Origin: an uncultured Granulosicoccaceae bacterium
GTDB taxonomy: Bacteria; Pseudomonadota; Gammaproteobacteria; Granulosicoccales; Granulosicoccaceae
Direction: 5' to 3'
Length of the DNA: 64,000 bases
Assembly (NCBI GenBank): GCA_964649465.1
Contig: CAZYRP010000002.1
Coordinates: 354 to 64,353 of the forward strand
Position 1 is the first letter of the stretch. Each line of letters begins with the position of its first letter. The notes below the pieces were generated by a model. The model was not told the origin of the DNA, ran no database searches, and saw only the letters and a list, made by a program, of their open reading frames with translations. The translations under genes and the position numbers were made by a program. Shown here in pieces: positions 31,720 to 41,762 of this stretch.

Positions 31720-32589
31720 TTAATTTAGCTGGCGGACAAGATAGTCCAGAAAAAAACCTGCAAACAACAACGCACCCATGTGATTGTTCAGCATAAATGC
31801 ATCAAAGCATGGTGCAGCCTGGCGAGTTTTTATTAGCTGATATTGCCTGGCCAGTACCCCTGACGCCGCTACCCACCCCAGTGCAAACATCCAGCCTGAT
31901 CCAGTGGCAAGTGCAACAGCCGCCACTATCACAAGCACTGCAACTTGTATCAGCATGACAACTGCTACCTCATTTTTCCCGAACAAAATAGCGGTCGATT
32001 TCACCCCAAGCTTTATATCATCCGGACGGTCAACCATAGCGTAGATCGTGTCGTAAGCCAGCGCCCACGCAATAGCAACAGCATAGATAAGCCAGGCTAC
32101 GGGCTGCACGCTGCCAGTTTGCGCGGCACTAACCATAGGTACTGCCCAACCAAAAGCCAGACCGAGAAATAACTGCGGCCAATAGGTGAATCTTTTGGTA
32201 AACGGATAAAGAAAAGCCAGCACCACTGCCACAAACGACAATGCCACTGTCAGCCGATTCATTGTTAATACGAGCAGAAAAGACACAAATGCCAGCACCG
32301 CTGCTACCAAAATAGCCTCTTTCGGTGACACCGCTCCTGTGACTAAGGGCCGGTCCTGCGAGCGTTCGACTGAACCGTCAATATGACGATCGGCAAAGTC
32401 ATTTATTGCACAACCGGCCGAACGCATTAAAAAAGTCCCTGCCACAAAAACCAGCAACACACGCCAGTCCGGTCTGCCTTCAGACACAATCCATAGTGCC
32501 CAGAGCATCGGCCAGAGCAACAACGCGCTACCAATAGGTCTATCAGCACGAACCAGTTTTACATAATGATGCAAACGATTGGTAATCAA
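31720..32589 (-). CDS. ubiA: 4-hydroxybenzoate octaprenyltransferase
   Basis: UbiA prenyltransferase motifs NDFADRHIDG and YDTIYAMVDRPDD. Multi-TM protein of 289 aa. Confidence 0.92.
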   Translation of the reverse strand: MITNRLHHYVKLVRADRPIGSALLLWPMLWALWIVSEGRPDWRVLLVFVAGTFLMRSAGCAINDFADRHIDGSVERSQDRPLVTGAVSPKEAILVAAVLAFVSFLLVLTMNRLTVALSFVAVVLAFLYPFTKRFTYWPQLFLGLAFGWAVPMVSAAQTGSVQPVAWLIYAVAIAWALAYDTIYAMVDRPDDIKLGVKSTAILFGKNEVAVVMLIQVAVLVIVAAVALATGSGWMFALGWVAASGVLARQYQLIKTRQAAPCFDAFMLNNHMGALLFAGFFLDYLVRQLN

Positions 32590-32746
32590 CGTAGCGTACC
32601 TGCAGACAGCATAGTGTTATTCTTGAGCTAGACTTATATAATCTCCCCCGATTATAAACCTCCCGGCCACACTCGCTCGACAATTATTTGTGAAATCGTA
32701 GTCTCCGGAACAACAACTGCCACCAAGTGAACGGTGAGGACTGTAA

Positions 32747-34093
32747 ATGAAATATCAATATGATCTGATTGCCATCGGCGGAGGCAGCGGTGGTGTGGCA
32801 TGCGCCCGTCGAGCAGCAAAGCACGGGGCCAAATGTGCAGTAGTAGAGTTTGACAGACTTGGAGGCACCTGCGTTAATCGAGGCTGCGTGCCAAAGAAAG
32901 TCATGTGGTTTGGAGCACACATTGCCCAGGCCCTTAACGATGCTGGTGGCTACGGATTTAATATTGAGAAAAAAGGCTTTGACTGGAACCAACTGGTCAC
33001 CGACCGAGAGCAATACATTCGACGCCTGAACGGTATCTACGAAAAAAACCTTGGTAAAGAAAACGTTGAATATCTAAACGGATTCGGTTCACTGGTCGAT
33101 GAACACACTGTCAAAGTCGGAGATAAAACCTATACCGCAGAGCGGATAATACTGGCGCCGGGGGGAACACCGGTAGTGCCTGATATTCCAGGTGCGGAGC
33201 TTGGTATGACTTCTGACGGTTTTTTTGAACTCACTGAAATGCCGAACAGGGTCGCAGTCGTTGGTGCAGGGTATATTGCCGTGGAGCTAGCCGGCATGCT
33301 GCATTCACTTGGTGCTGATGTCAGCCTGATAATAAGGCGCGAGCATTTTTTGCGCGAGTTTGATGACCTTCTTTCAGGAACACTTACGGAGATAATGAAT
33401 AACGAAGGCTTGAAGATTATCAACAACACCGAGCTTAAAGAGCTTAAATCTGTCGGCGGCTCTATTAACCTGACCACAAAAGATGATCGCAATCTCGGTG
33501 AGTTCGATCAGGTGATCTACGCCATAGGCAGGCGCCCGTTAACAGAAGACCTTAATTTGCAAAGTGCAGGTATCGAAACAGACAGCCGCGGATATATCCC
33601 GACTGATAAATTTCAGGCAACCAATATCGAAAATATTTTTGCTCTTGGTGATGTTACCGGACGCGAACAGCTCACGCCGGTTGCCATTGCAGCAGGACGC
33701 CGTCTTGCTGAACGCCTTTATGCAGGCATGTCTGACAGACATTTAGACTATGAAAATATAGCCTCGGTTGTTTTCAGCCACCCTCCGATTGGTGCAGTAG
33801 GACTAACAGAGGCTGCAGCGCGAGAGAAGTACGGCAATGACATTAAGTGCTATCAAACATCATTTACTCCCATGTATCACGCGTTGACCGAACATAAACA
33901 AAAAACAGCCATGAAACTGGTCGTACAGGGAGCCGAGGAAAAAGTAGTCGGCATACATTTAATCGGTGCCGGAGTCGATGAAATGTTACAGGGATTTGCT
34001 GTCGCAATGAAAATGGGTGCAACCAAAAAAGACTTCGATGATACGGTTGCAATTCATCCAACGAGTTCTGAAGAACTGGTTACATTGGTTTAG
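32747..34093 (+). CDS. gor: Glutathione-disulfide reductase
   Basis: [12 protein letters not shown], redox-active [13 protein letters not shown] and a C-terminal HPTSSEE dimerisation motif. Confidence 0.9.
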   Translation: MKYQYDLIAIGGGSGGVACARRAAKHGAKCAVVEFDRLGGTCVNRGCVPKKVMWFGAHIAQALNDAGGYGFNIEKKGFDWNQLVTDREQYIRRLNGIYEKNLGKENVEYLNGFGSLVDEHTVKVGDKTYTAERIILAPGGTPVVPDIPGAELGMTSDGFFELTEMPNRVAVVGAGYIAVELAGMLHSLGADVSLIIRREHFLREFDDLLSGTLTEIMNNEGLKIINNTELKELKSVGGSINLTTKDDRNLGEFDQVIYAIGRRPLTEDLNLQSAGIETDSRGYIPTDKFQATNIENIFALGDVTGREQLTPVAIAAGRRLAERLYAGMSDRHLDYENIASVVFSHPPIGAVGLTEAAAREKYGNDIKCYQTSFTPMYHALTEHKQKTAMKLVVQGAEEKVVGIHLIGAGVDEMLQGFAVAMKMGATKKDFDDTVAIHPTSSEELVTLV

Positions 34094-34154
34094 GCAACAA
34101 ACTCACAGTGCTGGCCTTTTAAAACAGATCTGCACAGACAGATCTGATAACAAG

Positions 34155-34403
34155 TCAGCCGATTAATTTTAAAGCAACATAAGGCACAAGGCTAAAAACC
34201 AGTGTCATCAATTTATAATTCGCGAGAAAATTAAAGTGTTTTGCTCTGACTGTCTCTTCCGGAAGTAAAAACAATCCGGCATGAAGTCGTGGTATCCATT
34301 CACGCCCAAGATACAGACTAACGGTGGTAACGGTAAGAATTACGCTATTTATTATAAAGCACCAACCAAAAAACTCTGTCAATAATTCAACGGTAATTGC
34401 CAT
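34155..34403 (-). CDS. Small two-TM membrane protein (DUF6868-like)
   Basis: 82 aa with hydrophobic segments FFGWCFIINSVILTVTTVSLYL and LMTLVFSLVPYVALKLI. It starts 4 nt after the upstream gene ends. The family name is from memory. Confidence 0.45.
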   Translation of the reverse strand: MAITVELLTEFFGWCFIINSVILTVTTVSLYLGREWIPRLHAGLFLLPEETVRAKHFNFLANYKLMTLVFSLVPYVALKLIG

Positions 34404-34407
34404 AGCA

Positions 34408-35121
34408 TTAACTGCTCGGTCTTCTACCTACTAACTGAAGTGCCGCAAGGTAATTGGTTTTAATAAAATCGGACAACTCTTCGAACTGTTCGTCACTTAA
34501 ATCTTCAAGTGTTTCATCCGTAAATATTTCATTCAGTTTTGCACGTCTGCTCGATGTAACTGAAGATGCAACCCGTGAATCATAATCATCGGATGCTTTA
34601 TTCCTGAATTGATCTCTGGAATTACTATCTGCCGATTCTTCTGAACTGTTATTTGCATCGTACAAGCTACGCAGCTTATCGAAAAACCCCATTGGGTCAT
34701 TTTGCTTTAACAGTGCTGAAATCTGGTCAAGCCAGTCATTAGGAAATACATCATGTCCCGCTTCAACAGATTCAATTTTGTTCGCGGCATTCTGTCGATT
34801 CATCGCCCGTGCAAAACCATCGATGGAATAACCCGCTGCTTCACGCAACTCGCGCAAGTACTCACCAGCCTGTTGAAATTCGTCCGTTGCACTATTATGC
34901 ACGTCATCGGTATTGCGGTGGTTCGACGTTGAATCGACGTTACCGGATTCACTGTAGCTTTTATGCACTGTGTTGTCGTTAGCTGGGATGTGTTCAGGAG
35001 ATCCGTCGCCGAATTTCCTGGAGAGATCATTGGCTATTGACATAAACTCACCAATGACTCGCGCAGCCTGTTCACCGGCCTCTTTATATTTCTGCTTATC
35101 TGAGTAGTGACGTGAATTCAT
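34408..35121 (-). CDS. Hypothetical acidic protein with a possible HTH-like segment
   Basis: 237-aa ORF. The LRELREAAGYSIDGFARAMNRQ segment resembles an XRE-type HTH. I recognise no further family. Confidence 0.4.
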   Translation of the reverse strand: MNSRHYSDKQKYKEAGEQAARVIGEFMSIANDLSRKFGDGSPEHIPANDNTVHKSYSESGNVDSTSNHRNTDDVHNSATDEFQQAGEYLRELREAAGYSIDGFARAMNRQNAANKIESVEAGHDVFPNDWLDQISALLKQNDPMGFFDKLRSLYDANNSSEESADSNSRDQFRNKASDDYDSRVASSVTSSRRAKLNEIFTDETLEDLSDEQFEELSDFIKTNYLAALQLVGRRPSS

Positions 35122-35229
35122 AATACTAATTCCGTTCCTGGGCTTTTAATGAATCTGGGGACAAACCGGGTTTTTCCAAGCCATAGCAAAGTATGCATAT
35201 ACGCCTGCCGTTACTTTCCGGGCGATTCT

Positions 35230-36189
35230 TTACTTTTGCTCTGAAACCCAGCTATCAATCAAATGTCGCGCTATCGAGTCAACACGCGGCAATTTCAAGC
35301 CATCACCCTCGTCTGCCCACTCGCCGAATTGTAAAATTTCATCTGCGCTGAACCAGCCAGCATTCGCCAGCTCCTGATTATCAAGCACAATATCCGAGTT
35401 TACCGCGCTTGCGACGAAGCCCAGCATAATAGACTGCGGAAACGGCCAGGGCTGTGACGCCACGTAACGGGGATTTTCGACCACCACACCTGACTCTTCA
35501 TACACCTCACGAATAACAGCAGCTTCAAGAGACTCGCCAGATTCAACAAAACCAGCCAGGGTCGAATAACATCCTTCCGGCCAGGCAGGACTTCTGCCAA
35601 GCAAACACTTTTTATTGCCACTTTGGTCTTCGTGGTGGACCAGCATAATCACCGCAGGATCAGTGCGCGGGAATACTTCAGACTGACACTTCTGGCAGCG
35701 CATGGAATGCCCCGCAGACTCAGACTGATTCTCGCCGCCGCACTTACTGCAATAACGACAGACGCTTTGCCAGTGACTCAGCCCACGCGCATAGGCATGA
35801 ATGGATGCAATATCCGGATCCAGTGTCGCACCAGCAGCTCTTAAGTCCTGAAACACTGCTTCGGGATAAATCTCGCACCACTTTGATGCTTGTTCGTCAC
35901 AACACTGCACGGAAAACCAGGCACAGTTGCTACTATCAAGCCCAAGAAAAGTCTTATTTTCCGGAATGATATTGTGAGCAATTAAATCTGATTGCCGCAC
36001 AGCTACAGGTTCAAACAACGATCTGAACAAGCTCTTGTTATTGTGTAATAGAACAACCCTGCTATCCGGGTGACACCATAGCGCGTTAACTTCATCAGTT
36101 GACCGACGCATAGCATCAGCGCGGTTCAGTGTGACTTTTGCATATTGCAGTTCGCGATCCACAGCGGTGCCAGTATTATCGATCTCCAA
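35230..36189 (-). CDS. nudC: NAD(+) diphosphatase (NADH pyrophosphatase, Nudix)
   Basis: Zinc ribbon CRYCSKCGG...CQKCQSEVFPRTDP, Nudix box GFVESGESLEAAVIREVYEESGV and SQPWPFPQS. The start is uncertain: TTG at 36189 or ATG at 36111. Confidence 0.8.
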   Translation of the reverse strand: MEIDNTGTAVDRELQYAKVTLNRADAMRRSTDEVNALWCHPDSRVVLLHNNKSLFRSLFEPVAVRQSDLIAHNIIPENKTFLGLDSSNCAWFSVQCCDEQASKWCEIYPEAVFQDLRAAGATLDPDIASIHAYARGLSHWQSVCRYCSKCGGENQSESAGHSMRCQKCQSEVFPRTDPAVIMLVHHEDQSGNKKCLLGRSPAWPEGCYSTLAGFVESGESLEAAVIREVYEESGVVVENPRYVASQPWPFPQSIMLGFVASAVNSDIVLDNQELANAGWFSADEILQFGEWADEGDGLKLPRVDSIARHLIDSWVSEQK

Positions 36190-36245
36190 TACAGTGTATC
36201 AGCACTGAAGTCATGCCGTTTACCAGAACGACTGTCCGCCCGTCT

Positions 36246-37040
36246 CTAGAAAGAAAATCCTACAAACAGAGAGAGTGATTTCCCGTCCAGCACTTCTCCA
36301 TCAAACACCGCTTCATCATCTGTGGTAAATGTTCGCACAAATTCAGGCACATACTCGATATCGGTAAAACGCAGCCCGAGTCTCGCCGTGCGAAGAGGAT
36401 GTCGGCGTCGATCAAATCGAGTTCCAAATACACCTCGACTCCCCAGGGTAGTCAGCGCGTATTCGAGTGTGTAGCCCAGCGCATTATCAAACTCAACGTC
36501 CGTTGCGCATATAGAATTTATATCGCAGCGAAAACCTACTCCTGTGTGTGCGGTCAACCCGACCCCAAATTCATGACCACCAAAATTTTGCAGTGCCATA
36601 AGATCGAAACGCACTCGGTCAAATGTAGATTCCCCATTAAATCGGCCGGTCGAGTCCAGTTCATAACCTGCGGTCAAGCGCAGCATGGTTGAACGATTTA
36701 GCGCGGCTAACACCCCACCCTCGACCAGAAATCCACCTCCACTACGAACTCTGTCTGTATCGCCAAAGTTGTCGGTGAATCGCCCCACCACGTCGCCGCC
36801 AGATCCAACACCACCGGCAAAATAAGTAGTCAGGTAAGGTCTCTGGTAACGCAACTCGGAGCCCTGGCGCCCGCGATGACGTTCCGGTTGATGGCGATCC
36901 GGGTATGGAGTCACAATAACTTCATGATCAGCAATAGCGGTATTTGTATTTGCTATGACCAGTGCGAAAAATATTATTGCCGATTTTGCGGCGGATTTTA
37001 TTGCAGAACTTATCGCAGATACGGGCACTGTGTATTTCAT
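36246..37040 (-). CDS. Putative outer-membrane beta-barrel protein
   Basis: Signal peptide, alternating hydrophobic/aromatic strands and a C-terminal ...LFVGFSF, typical of OMPs. No specific family recognised. Confidence 0.5.
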   Translation of the reverse strand: MKYTVPVSAISSAIKSAAKSAIIFFALVIANTNTAIADHEVIVTPYPDRHQPERHRGRQGSELRYQRPYLTTYFAGGVGSGGDVVGRFTDNFGDTDRVRSGGGFLVEGGVLAALNRSTMLRLTAGYELDSTGRFNGESTFDRVRFDLMALQNFGGHEFGVGLTAHTGVGFRCDINSICATDVEFDNALGYTLEYALTTLGSRGVFGTRFDRRRHPLRTARLGLRFTDIEYVPEFVRTFTTDDEAVFDGEVLDGKSLSLFVGFSF

Positions 37041-37273
37041 CGGGTATCCCTTAATTTACTGACCGTCTTACTACTGCAGTTATTAACCTGATTAATGGTG
37101 TCTACTGCGGTGAGCCTGGACGGTGTTACTATCAATGAATCAGAACTATCGGTGTTTTACAACTATCAGAATCTAATTCTCTCTGAAGGCGACTGAACAT
37201 TAACTGTCCCGATAGTTTAATTTAGTTCAAACAGTTACAACTTTGTGCTGTTCAGCATTCTCAGGAGTCCCGC

Positions 37274-37966
37274 ATGTGCGGTCGAATGAATATTTCGGAT
37301 CACGAAGGTATACAGTGGCTTCTGGATCAGCTGGGCCTGATTTTGCCCGAAGACAAGTTCACAGCAAAATACAACGTGTCACCAACTGCCGCTATCTGGG
37401 GTGTGCTGGTATCAAGAACCGCCACTACTCTTGAGCCAATGCAATGGGGTTTTGTACCACCATGGGCAAAACAAGGGCAGTTTAAAAGACCTTTATTCAA
37501 TGCCCGATCCGAAACGATCTGGGAAAAGCCTTCTTTTAAAAATCTAATTCGGCGTTACAGGGGAATTGTGCCGATAAACGGATTCTACGAATGGCAGCGC
37601 CGGGGCAGTTCAAAGATCCCTAACTACATAACCATGCAGGATGCTCCGGCTATGGGTTTAGGTGCAATTATCCAGAGTCACGCAGATGGTTATAGCCAGT
37701 GCTGTCTGATTACCGCAGATGCCAACTCGCAAATGCAGGATGTGCACAATCGACAGCCGGTGGTAATAAAACCAGAAGACATGGACGATTGGCTGAACAA
37801 CGATAACGTCGACAATATAAATCGTTGTATGCAACCACTGCCATCCGGCGTATTTGCTATTAAGCAAGTCGGCAACTACGTTAACAATGCGCGTAACGAC
37901 GGACCCGATTGCCTGGCTGACATTTCAGCTGATGAGAGTGCCACAAAAAAAGACACGGATTCGTAG
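37274..37966 (+). CDS. SOS response-associated peptidase (SRAP/YedK family, abasic-site processing)
   Basis: N-terminal MCGR with catalytic Cys2, plus ...PMQWGFVPPWAK...FNARSETI...PINGFYEW... Confidence 0.85.
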   Translation: MCGRMNISDHEGIQWLLDQLGLILPEDKFTAKYNVSPTAAIWGVLVSRTATTLEPMQWGFVPPWAKQGQFKRPLFNARSETIWEKPSFKNLIRRYRGIVPINGFYEWQRRGSSKIPNYITMQDAPAMGLGAIIQSHADGYSQCCLITADANSQMQDVHNRQPVVIKPEDMDDWLNNDNVDNINRCMQPLPSGVFAIKQVGNYVNNARNDGPDCLADISADESATKKDTDS

Positions 37967-38095
37967 GTTTCAAGCACAGTCAAAGTATTTTTTATAACTG
38001 CCGATATCTTTGTTCGGGTTTTAACTAGTTGGCGATTGGTCAGCCTTGAGCTGCCATTAAAGTCGGATATTCCGACATCGTCGAGCGGCATTGAT

Positions 38096-39058
38096 ATGCA
38101 AGCAACACCGACAATCAGACAAATTGGCACTGTAACAATTGTTCTAATAACAATTGTCTGTGCAGTAGGGCTCGCGTTCCTGACAAACAGCGAATCTAGT
38201 GAACTAAAAAAAGCGCTAACAGCGGTGTTGCTTCTCATTATTGTCGCTGCACAAACGCAGTTATATCGTATTCATCTGATCCAGCAGCGGCGCCAGGTTC
38301 GCTTCCATAAACTTGGAAGAAAACTGGTTCACATAAAAGCGGTGCGACAGCGAGACGAAGCACTGGCGCTAAAAATACTAAATCACATCAACTGCACTCT
38401 GGATCCAGTGCCTGATCATGCGTGTATCTGGCAAAAACCACTACACGGTTTTTCCGGAGACCTTGCTCTCGCTTATGAAAGTAGCTGCGGCAAAAAATAT
38501 ACCTTGCTTGCAGATTTGACCGGTCATGGTATAGCCGCGGCGATAGGCTCTGCACCGGTTGCCTCTATTTTTCGCGCAACCACAAAAAAGGGCTGGACAG
38601 TAGAGAACATTGTTACTGAAATGAATAACCGTTTGCAGGAGTTGCTGCCATCCTCTTTTTTCTGTTGCGCCGCTATTGTGATGGAGGAAAACGGCACCGT
38701 TACCGTGTGCAACGCCGGCTTACCCGAGATAATAATTACTAACAACGAAGGTCAAATTGTGGACTGCGTGATCAGCGCTCAGCTGCCCTTAGGTATTGAG
38801 AAAATCAATGCCGACGATGTGATGGTTGTCACAAGCCAATACCAGCAACGGCATCAGCTCTATGCGTTTACCGACGGATTAATCGAGACCACCAGCGCAA
38901 ATGACGAAGTCTTTGATGTTGATGTACTCAGCAAACTGCTATGCACTATGAACAAGGGTTTCGGTCGAATACAAACAATCACCGATAGCTTTGAATCGTT
39001 TTCTAAAGATTCTTCACCGGACGACGACATATCTATTGTTGAAGTGAAAATCTGTTGA
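38096..39058 (+). CDS. Membrane-anchored PP2C-type (SpoIIE-family) serine phosphatase
   Basis: Two N-terminal TM segments. PP2C/SpoIIE motifs SGDLALAY...ADLTGHGIAAA...AFTDGLIET...DDDISIVEV. The ATG at 38096 is preferred over the TTG at 38036. Confidence 0.7.
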   Translation: MQATPTIRQIGTVTIVLITIVCAVGLAFLTNSESSELKKALTAVLLLIIVAAQTQLYRIHLIQQRRQVRFHKLGRKLVHIKAVRQRDEALALKILNHINCTLDPVPDHACIWQKPLHGFSGDLALAYESSCGKKYTLLADLTGHGIAAAIGSAPVASIFRATTKKGWTVENIVTEMNNRLQELLPSSFFCCAAIVMEENGTVTVCNAGLPEIIITNNEGQIVDCVISAQLPLGIEKINADDVMVVTSQYQQRHQLYAFTDGLIETTSANDEVFDVDVLSKLLCTMNKGFGRIQTITDSFESFSKDSSPDDDISIVEVKIC

Positions 39059-39167
39059 CGGAGTGAAGTCAAAGTCGTCTGCTGGCCCGGATGGCGGGAA
39101 ACTGATCCCTGAGGAGTTTTACAACAACAAATGAGACTTACTTTCTCATAAAAAAAGGCGGTAAATT

Positions 39168-39200
39168 GGTGGGGGGCGCTTCGGCAGAACCCACCCTTTT
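39168..39200 (+). terminator. Rho-independent terminator after the SpoIIE-family gene
   Basis: Stem ggtggg/cccacc enclosing a gcgcttcggc loop, followed by ctttt. Confidence 0.55.
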
Positions 39201-39431
39201 ACTTACTCGCCACCCACCGCAACTAAATTCTCTCGCCAATTAAATATCAGCAATTGCTAAGTCACCATTGCTGAACCACTGCCCGCCATCGCAAGTGCGG
39301 CTACGGTACCCTCAATAGTTGCTTGCAGTACGAGTTGTTTATCACACGTGAATTCTGGATCGCGCTCTCAGAGCACTATTTAACCCCGGGCCGGAACCTT
39401 AAGTGTTTAAGGTTCCGACAGGATTGGTGTA

Positions 39432-39635
39432 TCAGTCTTTGAGTACAAATGTTACTTTTAAAGCTACACGGTATTCGGTGATCTTGCCTTTCTCAACAAC
39501 AACTTTTTGATCTTTAACCCAGGCACCAGTGATGTTCTTTAGAGTTTTGTCTGCACGCGCCACTCCCTCTGCAACTGCATCATCAAAACTTTTTGTGGAT
39601 GATGAGATAACTTCCGTAACCTTTGCTATTGACAT
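39432..39635 (-). CDS. Dodecin-family flavin-binding protein
   Basis: 67 aa: MSIAKVTEVISSSTKSFDDAVAEGVARADKTLKNITGAWVKDQKV, a typical bacterial dodecin. Confidence 0.75.
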   Translation of the reverse strand: MSIAKVTEVISSSTKSFDDAVAEGVARADKTLKNITGAWVKDQKVVVEKGKITEYRVALKVTFVLKD

Positions 39636-39782
39636 GTATATTCTCCCGGTATGTCCAACTAAATTGATTATTAGCGATCTTGAATTAAGCTTAGCCCCGC
39701 TAAAATGGCTGGCTCATCATAACTGAATATCGCAGATGCCTGCCAGACCAACGGTAAAATCACATTAAAATCACAGAGCCAA

Positions 39783-40964
39783 ATGAATATTTCACCTTTT
39801 GATACATTTGTTGACCGAAGCCAATCAGATTCAATCAAATGGCAGAAATTCGATGAATCGGTCATTCCAATGTGGGTCGCCGACATGGAATTCGCGACCC
39901 CGGTCGCAGTCACTCGAGCCATGTCGCGGCGCATAGAGCATCCCATTTTCGGCTATACCTCAGCGCCGCCTTCACTGGTTGAAAGTGTTGCCACATATTG
40001 TGCAAGCAGACATCAATGGACAATAGACACTGACTGTTTCAGCTGGATACCCGGTGTCCTGCCGGCGATTACAGCCGCCGTTCAAATAGCAGGTGCAGCC
40101 GGAGATGAAATCATTGTCTTCCCGCCGGTGTATCATCCGCTGTTACATATACCTGCAAAAAACGGCAAGACCCGGGTTGATGTGCCATTAGTCTATAAAA
40201 AAGACGAGGTTCACCAAGGCGGCAGTAACACCGGTAAATGCAGTGGTGAAGGCGCATGGAAGATCGACTTCGATTCTCTGGAAGCAGCCTTTACAACCAG
40301 GACTGCAGCTATCTTACTTTCATCGCCACATAACCCGATGGGTGTGATGTTTAGCGAAGACGAGCTTTTTAAACTGGCAGCACTTTGTGCAAAAAGAAAT
40401 GTGTTACTTATTTCTGACGAAATACATTGCGATCTGATTTTAAGCAAAGAAAAAAAACATATTCCAACCGCGCTGGCAGCAGGTGAACACCATCAATGTG
40501 TTATCACAATCATGTCTCCGAGCAAAACATTTAATCTCGCTGGCGCTAACTGTTCCTTTGTGCACATCGCTGATCCGGATTTGCGTAAAAAATTCAACGC
40601 AGAATGCCTGTACACCGTACCTTTCGTTCCTACACTTTCATACACAGCTGCTGAAGCGGCGTATTCTCACGGCTGGGAGTGGCACGCTCAGCTTATTGAT
40701 TATCTCAGAGGCAATCACGACTACCTGCACTCCATCATAAACAACACTGAGCTGCTCTCTATGGACACGCTGGATGCGACTTACCTGGCCTGGATAGACA
40801 CCAGACGGCTGATGTCCGAAGACGCCAACGATTTCTTTAAAAATGCAGGAGTTGGACTGTCACCCGGCAGCCAGTTTGGAGATAAAAATTATCAGCGATT
40901 AAACTTTGCCTGCAGCCGAGGGCAACTCGAACAAGGCGTTGAAAGAATGCTCAGCGTTCTTTAA
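39783..40964 (+). CDS. PLP-dependent C-S lyase (MalY/PatB-type cystathionine beta-lyase)
   Basis: SDSIKWQKF...PMWVADMEF..., an aminotransferase class I/II fold and the PLP lysine motif SPSKTFNLAG. Confidence 0.8.
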   Translation: MNISPFDTFVDRSQSDSIKWQKFDESVIPMWVADMEFATPVAVTRAMSRRIEHPIFGYTSAPPSLVESVATYCASRHQWTIDTDCFSWIPGVLPAITAAVQIAGAAGDEIIVFPPVYHPLLHIPAKNGKTRVDVPLVYKKDEVHQGGSNTGKCSGEGAWKIDFDSLEAAFTTRTAAILLSSPHNPMGVMFSEDELFKLAALCAKRNVLLISDEIHCDLILSKEKKHIPTALAAGEHHQCVITIMSPSKTFNLAGANCSFVHIADPDLRKKFNAECLYTVPFVPTLSYTAAEAAYSHGWEWHAQLIDYLRGNHDYLHSIINNTELLSMDTLDATYLAWIDTRRLMSEDANDFFKNAGVGLSPGSQFGDKNYQRLNFACSRGQLEQGVERMLSVL

Positions 40965-41108
40965 TGAAGGATACAGAATCACTACAGACCTACAGACACA
41001 AACCCGTCAGTTTGCCGCCGGCAGCTGGCGGGAATTGCATCAGTCAACGCCATCTTAATGCCACTAATTCTTATACCAAACCGTTTACAAAACTTCTATT
41101 CTTAATAG

Positions 41109-41750
41109 TCAGTCCAGCTCAAGATCACCCTGATACAAAGCATTGAGCAACGACACCGTCATTCTCGCCGAGGCGCCCCACAGCAATTCACCATCGAAGT
41201 GATTGTAATAAACCACTTTCAGAGTGGCATGCAATTCACCTCGGGTCAGCTCTCTGTCACGCAGTTCTACGTTGTTCTGATCAGCCAGCCAGCGCAGTGG
41301 AATCGAGAAGATCCGGTCTACCTCTGTTGGTTGAGGACGATAGTTATAGGGCCAGGGAACAATACCGACAACCGGCGTGACCGCATAGTTACTGCTGGTC
41401 CGATACTCGGGTAACACATGAATTACCTCAATTTTTTGGGTTTCCAGACCGATTTCCTCGTACGCCTCACGCAGTGCTACGGCAACGTCGTCTGCATCAT
41501 TTTCATCGCGCCTGCCACCCGGAAAAGCTACCTGACCACTATGGTGATCGCGGACATTCGCAACCCGACGAATAAATAACACATGCCACTCACCATTATC
41601 GCGATACAGCGGCAGCAACACCGATGCGGACCTGACCGTGGCCGGGTTTGTCAGTGCTGGGGGCATATCCGAACGCTGCAAATAGCCCGCTACTGTCTGC
41701 ACCCAGGCCAAAGACAAGTCTGCCAACTGTCCTGAAAGCGGCTTAGGCAT
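41109..41750 (-). CDS. CoA pyrophosphatase (Nudix, NudL-like)
   Basis: Nudix box VAFPGGRRDENDADDVAVALREAYEEIG. Upstream LLPL...W.VLFIRR is typical of the CoA-pyrophosphatase subgroup. Start is the ATG at 41750 or the TTG at 41762. Confidence 0.8.
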   Translation of the reverse strand: MPKPLSGQLADLSLAWVQTVAGYLQRSDMPPALTNPATVRSASVLLPLYRDNGEWHVLFIRRVANVRDHHSGQVAFPGGRRDENDADDVAVALREAYEEIGLETQKIEVIHVLPEYRTSSNYAVTPVVGIVPWPYNYRPQPTEVDRIFSIPLRWLADQNNVELRDRELTRGELHATLKVVYYNHFDGELLWGASARMTVSLLNALYQGDLELD

Positions 41751-41762
41751 AAGAGATCTCAA

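Noticed and set aside
34125-34146. Two copies of the palindrome cagatctg separated by cacaga, between the convergent gor and small membrane-protein genes.
   Set aside because: It is probably just a stem-loop acting as a weak bidirectional terminator. It has no U-tract and there are no further copies in the window.
37140-37273. I looked for a LexA (SOS) box upstream of the SRAP/YedK-family gene.
   Set aside because: There is no CTGT-N8-ACAG match. The nearest candidates (ctgtcccgatagttta, ctgttcagcattctcag) have wrong spacing or a wrong half-site.
39059-39431. This 373-nt gene-free spacer contains several hairpins, including cggaacctta/taaggttccg at 39392-39417. I checked it for RNase P, SRP, 6S and tmRNA signature motifs and for small ORFs.
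   Set aside because: No signature motifs were found, such as GAGGAAAGUCC or the SRP GGAA tetraloop helix. Only a 6-codon ORF is present. The hairpins are adequately explained as terminators of the flanking genes. An sRNA cannot be excluded without expression data.
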